DNA of 64,000 bases, taken from positions 5,471,779-5,535,778 of the forward strand of contig MU058198.1 in NCBI GenBank assembly GCA_013265495.1. The letters run 5' to 3'. Below, one piece after another: positions 49,901 through 61,604 of this stretch (positions within the stretch are counted from its first letter, which is position 1; every line of letters starts with the position of its first letter). The stretch comes from Vicugna vicugna. Lineage: Eukaryota. Position numbers and translations under genes: made by a program. The notes below the pieces were generated by a model, which saw only the letters and a program-made list of their open reading frames with translations, did not search any database and was not told the origin of the DNA.

Positions 49901-50707
49901 GGAGGGATGGAGGCTCATCCTGGTCCTGACCTCTTCGCTGGGTCAGTCTTATTCAGAACCTGTGGGGAGCGGGGAAGAGATTGCCACTGTTACGGAAAAG
50001 ACTAGAATTCCTGAGACCTGTATTCTAGGTGAAGCAACCCTGTTGGTTGCCAACACAAAGCAGCATCAGCAGAAGGGGACTGACTGATTTACATACGCTG
50101 AATGCCCTTGGATAGGCTGGCTTTATCCTTCTCCCCTGGCCACGGCGATTGGTTCAGAGATGTGCACACCACCCAATCAGAGGCAATGAGCCACGAAGCG
50201 CCTTTCCTTCAGAGTCTGGCTGAGGATGTTTGCACTCTCCGACTGTGCTTCCTGCAGGGAAAAGGGGCACAGATTTTGTCTCCAGGACCTATTTCCCCTC
50301 CTTTCATCATTCAGCCCTTCCTCCTTCTGGGAGGACGGAACGTTCATACAGAGTTTCCTCCCCCAGTTACAAGATGTCAACTTCACATAACTTGATTATT
50401 TGTGTTGAGTTTCTATAGATTCTGCTCTCCCGTAGACCCTGGGGAGGGAGAGTGTACTCAGAGCAAAATGAGGAACCGCTGAAGGTGTGATAGGTACGAA
50501 TTTGACTCCACCACCAAACTCAGGCCCAAGAAATCCGTATTTTCCCTTTGTCCCAGTAATCAAATTACATTTGACTCCGACCCCTCGCCTGAAAGGAAAC
50601 TCAATCTGAGTTATCACTGGGACTTCTCTCGCTCCCCCACGGGACTGCACAAAGATTCCAGGAGGCTTATACCATCCAGGCTTCTGGGTCACACTTGTCA
50701 CTGACGT

Positions 50708-50883
50708 CAGGACCAGTTATATAATTTGTGCAAAATAAAAATCTGCCCAAAATAATCATCTTGCTCAAAGATTATTAAGAATTTTCAGATGGGGACACAA
50801 AAGCATTAAACTGAGTACAGGGTCCTTTTTTGGGAGGGTCCCTGTGTGTATGTGCAGGTCACACACCCACAAGGCTGGCCTTG
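50708..50883 (-). mobile_element. MER91-like MITE
   Basis: 'caggaccagttatataatttg...attattaagaattttcagatgg...ggctggccttg'. Confidence 0.7.
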
Positions 50884-51559
50884 CCTAACACATGTGATTT
50901 TTTCAATTCTTTGGGGATCATTGAAGCTGTATCTCCAAGCTGCTTCCCTAAGCAATGCCATAGGTCTTTGTCAAGGCTGGCACCCTGGCATCTGAGCCCA
51001 GTACCCCTAGACGTACCATGTGACCATTCTCCTTCTGAATCATCTGCTTCCCAAGGGTGCCACAAGAAATCAGGGCTCAGGGTTCGGATGTAGCAGAGCC
51101 CCCAAAGCTGTCCTCCTCCAGCCTTTGGGAAATGCTCTCCCAACTTAGGCTCCTTGGGTCTCCAGGCACCGAGCATCCCTGCAGCTTCTAACTCTCCCCT
51201 TGGGCAAAAGAAGCCCCAGGTTGCAAAGACTCACTTAAGACGGTGCTAACATATCAATCCGAGAAGGGAGGCAGATAGTTCTCATTTTTTTCTTTAGTGG
51301 CAGAAAAAAAAAATAAACACAGAGTACTAACTCAATACATTACCCTTCAGGGGAGTGACATGGTCAGATTTATGTTCCATAAAGTTCTCCCTGGCCACAG
51401 TGTAGAAAATAGATTATGTGGGAGGAAGGTGGAGTTAAGAGGGAATGCGGAAATACCAAACAGGAAGATATTTCAGAGTCCAAGGAAGAAATGCTAATGG
51501 CCTGGAGAGTCAGTGCAGATAAAGGGAAATGGACACATCTAAAAGGTATTTAGAAGATT

Positions 51560-52060
51560 GTGACAGATACCAACAGTGGCCTACTCCACTTACTTTACTA
51601 CTAATGTACTATCCCAGATACGTTGTGGTTGGCTAGGTGTATATTTAAAAATACTCACTTCCCAATCTTCCTTGCATATAAGGGGGACTTCTGTAATTCA
51701 GTCATGGCAAATAAATATATACATACACACATTCACTAGGTGAGATTTCTAGGCTTTTGAAAAGCAAACATTTGACTGGCTTCAATTTTTGCATTTTGTT
51801 TTCATATTTTGTCGTTTGTCATGCCTGGAATCTGGATGCTATGCCAGGAGGTGTGGCAGCCATCTTGGGACCATGAAGTGATAAACTTAATGCCAAATTC
51901 CGAATGTTAGGAATGGTAGAAAGGAAAGAGAGAGCGAGCCTGAAACATTCACTGATGATATTATAGAGCTATTGAATGAGCCATGATTTTATTCCCTCCA
52001 GATTTCTTGTTACACGTTCTTTGTATGGTAAGTGTGATTGAGTCTTCTGTTACATGCTTT
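51560..52060 (+). mobile_element. Old ERVL/MaLR solo LTR
   Basis: TG start; 'gcagccatcttgggaccatgaag'; end 'tctgttacatgc...ccctaactac'. Confidence 0.55.
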
Positions 52061-52419
52061 AAAATGCAACCCCTAACTACTCCAGATATAGATCCAACCA
52101 GACTTAGGGTAAATTGTGGCAAGGGAGTTCGGAAGTCGACAGCAGTGCCTCTGGAGGACCTCAGCCAAATGCACTACAGAAACTCGAAACCAACCATAAA
52201 GCAATGTTAAGTCACATGTGGAGCTCAAAGAAGCTGTAACATTTAACAGGAAGAAATATACTTAGGTCATAAACCTATTTCCTCCAAAATATTAAATCAA
52301 CAGCGGGAGGACCCTCCACCTCTCCAGACCAATGTGTTTATGAGCAGAGAAAGGATTATGATCCAAAGCTCTGGTAAAGAAAGTGGATTTACTAGAAAGT
52401 CCCTGGGCTGCATTTTCCT

Positions 52420-52660
52420 GGCTTAGAGCACAGGGTCATAAACAGCTAGGTTCTAATCCCAGCTCCCTCATACCCTCCTTGTGTGACCCTGTCACTCCTC
52501 CACTCTGGTCTCAGTTTCTTCACCTGTAAAATGGACCCTGTAACAGTGACATTTCACAGCATTAGTTGTAATAGTGACATTTCACAGCATTGTCTTGAGA
52601 ATTAAAAGAACTAATGCATAAAGTAACTAGCTCAATTTCTGGCACATGTCACTTCTTGAA
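52420..52660 (+). mobile_element. MIR SINE with an internal 28-bp-period duplication
   Basis: 'ctcagtttcttcacctgtaaaatgg'; TGTAA(C/T)AGTGACATTTCACAGCATT at 52539-52563 and 52567-52591. Confidence 0.85.
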
Positions 52661-53089
52661 AAAAACGTTAAGATTCCTTCCTTCATTCCTTCTTTCCATT
52701 ATCTTCTTCCTCCCTTCCTAAATTTCTTCCTCTTCTCACCTACAACTAAAGACTGAACCAAAGGTAGATCTCAAACCCTTCCAGGAATAACAATGTCATC
52801 GTTTCGTTTTACAGACAAAGAAACGACTCAGATAATTACAATGGGGACTAGAACCCAGGCCTCCTGCCTTTCAGCCTCATGTTCTTTCTGCCTTGAGATA
52901 TTGTTTCCATTATAATTTCCCAACTGAGAGGGCAGAAGGCTGGGCGCTGGGACCGGATGCCGGGAAAGGACATGAGGAATGCTGAGAAGACCTCAGACTA
53001 ATCACTGAGGTCCATTCCCGCAGGGCGCTGCAAACCCTTGACCCACAACCCCTGAGTGTTGATTATGCACCATGAGCATGAGAGACTAT

Positions 53090-53450
53090 TGGCTATCCAT
53101 AACACCCATTAATCTTTCCGTCCGTGCACCGGATGTACTACAATTCCCAGGCTCCCTTGCAGTGCTTGTGGCCATGAGAAAATTTAGAGCCAATAGAATG
53201 AGAGAAGTGAAGTGAGCCACTTCCAGGTCGGGTCCATAAAGCCTCCCATGCTTGCATCCCATCCTTTTCTCCCCCTTCTGCTGGATGTTTAGATTTGTTA
53301 TAAGACTAAGGGGAGGAAGAGTCACAAGATAGAAACAGTCTGAGTCTGATTCTGTGCAGAAAACCTACCCTGCTGATCTGACTGCTCAATCAGGACTGCT
53401 ATATAAGTTAAAAATACACATCTAATGTGTTGATCCATTACATTTGGAGT
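53090..53450 (+). mobile_element. MaLR solo LTR (MLT1H/J-like)
   Basis: 'ttcccaggctcccttgcagt...gccaatagaatgagagaagtga'. Confidence 0.65.
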
Positions 53451-53734
53451 CTTTTTTTTTAAAAAAATTTATGGTGTTGTTATTTTTTGGTACTTAAAAA
53501 ATTGATATGCACCTGAAACTAACATTGTAAATCAACTACACTTCAGTAAGTTTTTTTAATTAGTAATATTTGCATAAAGTAAAAATATCAGAATTACAAG
53601 TCCATAAAAATATCAGAATTACAATTGTAGTAAAACTGAGTTTCCTTTTTATCCCCAACCCCAGTGCCCCAATTTCCTTCTCAGAAAAAAAAAACCACAG
53701 TAAATAAATTATCAAACATTCTTGTTTAATTTAA

Positions 53735-55860
53735 TTTTTAAAAATTGAAGTATAATTGACCTGCAACACTGTGTTCCAGGTGCACAGCGTAGTGATACAA
53801 TACATCTGTAATCACTGCGAAACGATCATGGTTTAAGTCTAGTGAGCATCGGTCGCCATTCAGAGATACTGCAATATTATTGACTCTATTCCCCATGCTG
53901 TACATTTCGTCCCAGGGACTCATTTATTTTGCAACTGGAAGTTGTACCTCTCAACCACCCTCACCTATTTCATGGATTCCTCCACTTTCTCCCCTCTGTC
54001 AGCCACCTGTTTGTATCTGAGTCTGTTTCTGTTTTGTTGTGTGTGTTTGTTTGTTTTGTAAGTTAGATTCCACATATAAGTGAAATCTACTTGCCTATCT
54101 CTGTCTGACTTATTTCCCTTACCAGTAACACCTTCTGGGACTATCCACATTGCACAGCTTGGTCTGGGAGGTCCTGGGACTGCTGCCACCTGGCGGGTGG
54201 GTGGATGGGTCAGCCAAAATGACATTTATCAGCATCAGTGTCCTCATGATGGAAGGAGCTGCTGCAAGTGTTTATTTCCTCGGGGAGGGTCTCAGTTGTC
54301 CCTGCCTCTCTGGAAGGCTCTCCAAGATCAGCAAGTATGTGGCTCTCCTGTGTGCAAGCCCTGTTGGCGTTCAGTGCCAGATGTTCTGAGGGTTCATCTT
54401 CCCAGTGCAGGACGCCCAGGCTGGGGAGCCCAGGGTGGGGCTCAGGCTCTTTTAGAAACGTTCCACGTCTATACAAATACACAATAGAGAGCCCTCTTCT
54501 TGTTTATCTAATTGTGTGTGATCTTATTCACCATCACTGTAGCCATGCATTTTGACATTCATCCTACTTCAGCACATAAAGAACTTATTATATGGATAGA
54601 CGGTCATTATTTTAACAGATTTCCTATTAATGTATATTTATGTTGTGACATTTAGCTAGTTTTTCAGTATTTTGACAGTACAAACCATGTTCATGTGGAT
54701 ATGCTGGCATTTGATACCTTTTCACACAAGTGCTTTCAAGAAACATCTGGGTCAGCTCTTCAGAGTATCATGTTTTTCTTGTATTCTTTAATATTTTACT
54801 GAGGTATAATTAGCATATAATGAACTTTATATATTTAAAGTGTACAAGCTGGTAAATTTGATGTATGTACACACATGTGAAACAAAGACCAAAATCAAGA
54901 CAACAAACACGCACAGCACTTCCAAAGGTTTCCTTGTGCTTCTTTGGAATCCTAAGGTATGTTTAACTTTTAAGGAAACTGCCCAGCTGTTTTCCAAAGT
55001 GGTTGTACCACTTACCATGGCCACCAGCAGTGCATGAGCATCCTAACTGCTCTGCATCTTTACCAATATTTAACATGATAAGTCTTTTTAAATTTAGGTA
55101 TTTGATTATCCCCCCAATGGCTAACGACGTGCATCTTTTCATGTGCTTATCTGACATCTATCTTCTTTGCTAAGGTGTGTGCTTATTATTACTGGACTGT
55201 TTCCATTCTTATCTTTGAATTTTTGGAGTTCCATGCTTATTCTAGATCAACTCACTTTCAGATATTTGCAAATCATGGATATTTACAATTTCAGTGATTT
55301 GCAAATATTTCCTCCCCAGATGTAGCTTGTCTTCTCATTCTCTTAACCATGTCTTTCAAAGAGCAGCTGTCTAGCTTCTTGAATATACGGAGTACTATGA
55401 AAATGACTCTTTTAATGTCCTTTAATGTCCTTGTTCACTAATTCTACCCCATGTGTCATTTCTCAGGAGATGTGAACTGATTGATGTTTCTCCTCCTTAT
55501 GGGTCCTATATTCCTACTTCTTTGCATCCTGGTAATTTTTTGTTGAATGGGAGACCATTGTGGATTTTACCTCCTTGGGTGCTGGATATTTCGGCATTCC
55601 TATAAATATTCTTGAGCTTTATTCTGGGATGCAGTAAAGTTACTTGAAAACAGTTTGACCCTTTTAAGCTTTGATTTTCAACTTGCTTTTAAACTGTCTC
55701 AAGCAGGGCTACTATGTGCTCTATCCAATGCTTCGTGATTATTATGAAGTTTTCCACTCTGGCTGTTGGGAACAGGAACTATGCCCAGCCCTGTCTGGCA
55801 CAATCAGCCCATGGCATCCAGGGGTCCTTTTCTACGTGTGCACACTCTGAGAGCCTTATA
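53735..55860 (-). mobile_element. Cluster of several LINE-1 fragments of different ages
   Basis: 3' end 'aattgaagtataattgac...ctgacttattt' (53735-54150), GC-rich L1 5'-like piece (about 54160-54550), and older ORF2/3' pieces ('aaactgcccagctgttttccaaagtggttgtacca'). Confidence 0.8.
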
Positions 55861-57222
55861 TCTTATTCTATACGTTTTGGGCAAGATCTGTCATCCCACA
55901 GAGAGGGCAAGAAGTCTGGAGTCTGAGGGTAGCCTCTGGGAGGCAGCAGAATGGCAGCACTTCTCCAAGCTCCACTAGAGAATTAAGGAATTACTGGTCT
56001 AGACAAGAAGTGGAAAGAATAAGCACTCAGCATCCTCTGGTCAGGTGAGAGTCAGCAAGCATCAGACACCTAACCTCTTACAGAAAAGAGAAGAGAGTGG
56101 CTGCTAGGAGGCAGAGGGGGATGGGCAGGGCCAGAAGCATCAGGGTGGAGGCTGGGGTCCAGGATGCTCCAACACACCCTGTGAAATGAAACGCGAGTGT
56201 CCAGGCTCTCAAGGGCTCTGACAGGCAATCAATATCCCCTGCCAGGACGGGAGCAGCAGTGTCTCCTTGCCAAAGGCCACAGGGACGGATGGCTGGAAGA
56301 GACAGGAAGGGGGAGGAAGAAGGGTCAGAGGCTGGCTGGGAAGCTGAGGATTGTTGCTGAATGTTTTAGTCCAGTGAGATGCCCATAGTCTTTGCCATCC
56401 AACATCCACCCCTTCACGTACTCCGGAAACACCATCCTGATTTTTCTTTGGGGGCCCCTTCCCCCACTCTCCATCCATGTAATTCTGGTTCTGAACATGG
56501 GCATGCAACTCAAGCCAGCTCCATTAGAGCCAAACCAGAGACTGCGGATGGAGCTAACAGAAAATATGCATTCTGCGTCTACACTGGTTGCTTAGCTGGT
56601 TGGAGGTAGGTCTGCCGTTAGAGACAACAGCTTGGCACTCTGGTGGGGGCCTCCCTGACCCTGAGGTCAGCACAGATTAAAGCAGAGCCAGAGGGCAGAG
56701 GCAGATTCCTGAGGACTTTTTTTGAACTCCTGGAGAAGCCTTTAAATGTTTATTTTACTGAGCCGATGAATTCCCCTTTTCAGATTAAATATGTTTAGCC
56801 CCTACAGGTGGAAACTGCTATAAGCATACGTCTAACATGTACCCCCCACGCTCAGTCCCTGAGTGGAGAACTGGGATTTTTTTCAGCTGGATCCTCCCCC
56901 ACCCCCTCCTGAGGTCTGTCCAGGATGAACTTGATCACTCTTGAAGGTGGCTAGCTGTGGCAAGGAGCCTTATCTACTCGGACTGTCTCTGACCTGAGCT
57001 GAAGACTCAACAGAGCACGTGTCTCTGGACTCATCTGCTCACTCAGCACCCCTGGAAGGCTGTTCCCACTGCTCTAGGTCTCTGCAGATGTATCTGCAGT
57101 TTCCATTTCTCCAAACTTGGCCTAGAGCTATTTTTAATATAGTTGTCAATATTTAAAACTTTGAATTTTTAACATGAAATTCCAGATAGTGGATTTTTTC
57201 TTAAATCAAAAGAACTGGGATT

Positions 57223-57800
57223 CCTAAATATCCATCGACAGATGACTGGATAAAGAAGTTGCGGTGTGTGTGTGTGTGTGTGTACACATACATACGTGTG
57301 TGTGTACACATACATACGTGTGTGTAATGGAATACTACTCAGCCATGAAAAAAGAATAAAATAATGCCATTTGCAGCAACATGGATGGACCTGGAGATCA
57401 TCATTGTAAGTGAAGTAAGCCAGAGAGAGAAAGAAAAATACTGTATGATATCACTTATATGTGGAATCCTAAAAAAAAAAAGACAAAATGAACTTATTTA
57501 CAAAACAGGAACAGACTCATAGACATAGAAAATAAACTTATGGTTATAAGGTGGGGGAGTGGGAAGGGATAAAATGGGAGATGGAGATTTGCAGATATCA
57601 ACTACTATATATAAAATAGATAAACAAGGTTATACTGTGTATAGCACAGGGAACTCTATTCAATATCTTATAGCAACCTAGAATTAAAAATAATATGAAA
57701 ATGAATACATGTATGTATATGTATGACTGAAACATTATGCTGTACACCAGAGGTTGACACAATATTATAAACTGACTATACTTCAATAATATAAAAAAAA
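57223..57800 (+). mobile_element. Young 5'-truncated LINE-1, third copy, within a MER102-like relic
   Basis: Colinear with 2320-2850 and 12194-12696; A-tail; (TG)n expansion at about 57265-57325; no clean TSD. Confidence 0.93.
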
Positions 57801-58534
57801 TTGGAAATTTTGGATTCCAATGGCTTCATGGAGGTAAGGAGCAACTCCTCTTATTATATGGGCCACTTGCTCTCCAATTTGCCACACTCCTCACCCTTCC
57901 CTGTTGTTCACAGCTCAGGCCACTTCACTCACTTTTCTCACCTTCCTGGCACCTGTATGAACTTGAGTCCATGAGAGCTTTACAGTGAGAGATCTGAGGC
58001 CTGGGGGGGGGGCAGTTCATGTAGAAGGAATCAGATAGTGGAAGGACTGCTCTCTGTCAAGGTGACTGCATGCCAGGCAAGGTGCCCAGCCCAGACAATA
58101 ACAATCTGAAAAACAGAATCTCTGTCCACAGCCTGGCTGGAGAGAGAGATGTGTAAACCCAACATCGCACTCTTCCCCACCCAGGTGCCCCAAATTACAG
58201 GGCACAATTATCTCATGCCTTCGAATTAAGTGTTCTGGAGAGAAGTTTGGAGTCTGCTGCAAACAGGAGCATGAGATTTCTTGCAAGCTTTATACTTTCA
58301 CTCATAAATTAGTGTAAGTTTTGCATTCTGCTTCTGAATTTTTTTTTTTTACGTTTCATAAAATTGAAACCCCAGCAAAGCGAACCTTGTTTATCCTGAA
58401 ACATCCTGTATTCTCCTGACACGTGGAGGTGAGCCCTGGAGTATAAGCGTCCCACCCCGAGAGGCGAGGTGTGCACAAAATAGAAAATGACACTGAGTAC
58501 AGGGGCTGTGAAAATCGTGTGTGCCCGATGCTCT

Positions 58535-58945
58535 CCTGCCTCAGGGCCCTGGCACTGGCTGTTCCCTCTGCCTGGAAGAATCTTACCCCAGATTCCTCCA
58601 CCACCTCGCTCTCTCTCTCTCTCATCTCCTTCAAGTCTGCACACAAGCATCATCTCAGTAAAGCTCATTGGAACCACCCCACTTAAATTACAAGTGTCCC
58701 TTCTCTGCCACGATCATAAATCTCTTAACTCTATTTTTTCCATGGCACTTATCACTTTTTATCACATCATATAATGTTCTTATGTTTTCTGTCTACTACT
58801 TATTTCCCCCACTGGAATACAAACTCTGTAAGAGCAGGCATTTTTGTTTGAACTGTTTACTGGTGTAACTATCTCGAGCTCCTACAATAGAAGCTGGCAT
58901 GGAGTAGCTGCTCAGTAAGTATCTGTTAAAGGAATAAACAAATGG
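58535..58945 (+). mobile_element. L2 3' end
   Basis: 'cctcagggccctggcactggctgttccctctgcctggaa...gctcagtaagtatctgttaaaggaat'. Confidence 0.85.
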
Positions 58946-59949
58946 ATGGTCCAGCCCCTACCTGCGGTGGGGGGGGGGCACTCCAGCCAATTTGATTACA
59001 GTGCTATACATCTGCTTTGTTGAAACATAAAAACATGAAAAAAAAACCTAAAACATAAAGTATATGAGTGCTGTTGAAGCCAAAGGACTAAAGGAACCAC
59101 GAAGACCAAAGCAAAAGCTTACTGTCTCCACCGTCTGAATATTTCAGAGGCTGAGACCCATCTAACCGGAGTCCCAGTCCCTTCTCCCAAAGGCGCTGTC
59201 CGGCTCCGGGCCACCTGGTCCACCCCTGGACCACTGCACAGCCCTGGCACACACCCATCATCTGTCCCTGTCTGCTCCCTCCAATTCTTTCCCCGTCCAG
59301 GTCTGGTGCCTGAACATATATCATTTTCTGAATTAGAAAAGGGCACCCCTAGGGGTTGGCTGCCCATAGACACTGGATTGGTGGGTGGACAAATGCTGAT
59401 GTATGAACTGGCAAAAGCCCACCCCTCCCCTCCCCAAGCAGAGGCAGGACGCCCCTCCTCTGGGCACCTGTGTGCAAGACACAGTCTGCAGACTGTTGCC
59501 TGGCAGCCTGTGAACTTTTTTTTTTTAACTCCAGCAATTCAGGTGTGCAATAAATGTCACAGTACTTTGTTTGTCTAAAATCAAATTAAATCTGACTTTA
59601 ATCCCCCCCCCGTCCCCCAGGCTGGAGGAGAGTTCAATCTCGGTGTTATTGAAGCTCTCCTCCCACGGTTTGAACAGGGTCCTGGAGGGTCTTATGAAGC
59701 AAAAGGAGCCAGTCTTTTGGAAGGTTCCCACATGCCTGGGTCTGGGTCAGGCCCATGTTGGATGCAGGAGGTGCAAGAAGAGGAAATTTCCAGAAAAGCT
59801 GGGGGCACCAGAACCACAGACTGCAGAACCAGCACCCGCTGCCCCAAAACCAGGGCTACCGGGTGAGGCTGGAGCTGGGGGTGGCTATGCTATTTTTCCA
59901 GGGCAGCGAGTTCACGCTCAAACTTGTTCAGCCATCTGGTCATCCACCT

Positions 59950-60350
59950 GTCCATCCATCCATCTAGTCATTCCACAAATACGCATGGGGTTCCTCCTGC
60001 ATGCCACGCCCACACATGCCGAACCCAAGGGCTATGCTGCTGAAGGAAACAGACCTACTCCCCGTCCGAGCAGAGAACACCAGTTGGCAAGGAAACAGAC
60101 AGTAAGCAAACAACCAAGAAGATATATTATTACAAACGGCGATAAATGTTTTCAAGCAAAAAGCCGGAAGCCCCGTGTCCAAGGATAAACAGGGAGGTCA
60201 GGGCAGTCACTGAGGTCACAGGTGAGCTGATACCTGAGATGTAATGAGAAGAAAGCCAGGCCAAGGATGAGCAGGAGGCCCTGCAGGCAGCTGGGCACCA
60301 GGACAGGGTCCTGCGGGAAGGAAGGAGTTTGGGTATGTCTGCATTTTTCT
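59950..60350 (-). mobile_element. L2 3' end
   Basis: 'catccatccatctagtcattccacaaatac' start; 'gagctgatacctgag'. Confidence 0.6.
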
Positions 60351-61250
60351 TAGGATGGGAGCCACAGCATTCATTAGGTTCTTGAAACTTGAGCCTCAAA
60401 AACTGTAAGAATGAGCACCTAGTCTACCATTATACCTACCCATAGAGGCGCTCCTGGCGGGGTGAGCCCGTGCACCGAGCGAACTCCAGGACTGAAAATC
60501 TCAGGGGCTCAGGGCTCTTTCTGTGACACCCCATTTTCTCAAGATGCTCTTCATCCCTTCCTGCCTGCTCCTCCTCCTTCCTGACTCCAGCCCTCACCGC
60601 TGCAGATACAGACACCCCGCGGGAACCCGAGTTGTACAACACGACTCAAAACACCCGAGCAGCCGGGCAGCAGGACCACAAGGCAGAGATGCAGCTTATA
60701 AACTGTCTCCGGCCCAGGCAGGCGCCAGTGAAATGTTTGACAGCCCAGGAGATGGATCGGCAATACAGCCCGGGCCACCCTTCCAGGGCAGAATTGAAGC
60801 CATCCTTCCTGGGAACGGCCTCATAGATCAACCCGAACACACTCATCAGCCCAGCCACCCGCCACCCCCACCTTCCTCATCACCTGGCTCCAGGCCTCTG
60901 GGTCCTGCTGGACTCTTGTCAAAGGCTGGAGGCTTTGTATCTAAATAGCAGATCCAGAGGAAGACTCCCCGGGCAGAGGAAGTGCCCTGCGGAAATCCCA
61001 AGGGAGAGACAGCGGAGCCAGGGTTTCAACCCAAGCTTCTCTGGGTCTTGAGATACCATTAAATTATCATTTTAATAAAATACTTCAAATGCTACAAAGA
61101 CCACACATAGTGTGCTTTCCCCAGGCCAGAGACCTTGCTAAATGCTCTGCATGCAGGATTTCATTTACTCCCCTCTCCACCCTGTGAGATAGGCATTATT
61201 AGCCCAGTTTAGAGATGAGCACACTGAGGCCAGAGAGGGTGCAGGTCAGA

Positions 61251-61604
61251 TGCTGAGATGACTGGGTTCTCCAGGAAGCAGGTGCTGAGACAGAGTCGGG
61301 GTACAGGCAGTTTACTGGGAGTAACACCTGTGAGAGGGAAAGGGCGGCAGCCTGGGGAGCTTTCAGAAGGCTTTGCAGGACTCACAAGTGATCTACTAGC
61401 CAGCAGAGCCCCAGAGCAAAAGTCATCCATCAGAGGAGTCCCTCCGGGCCTGGCCCCACGGTCTTGCTCAGGGCCAGGGAGGGGCTGCCCCAGAAGACCA
61501 TGACCTTCCATCAAAATTTGGGGCAGATCCTGAAGGAGCTGACAGCTACACAGCAAGGACTTTCTCAGAGGGTGATCTGAACAGCGCCTCTCCCACCTGC
61601 CACA
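61251..61604 (-). mobile_element. ERVL solo LTR (LTR16/40/41-like) next to a MIR
   Basis: 'gggttctccaggaagcaggtgctgagacagag...gtttactggga'; ends 'gccaca' (TG start on the minus strand). Confidence 0.6.

Noticed and set aside
59571..60188. Longest ORF (205 aa)
   Set aside because: Non-ATG start, no recognisable domain, and the last part runs through an L2 relic.
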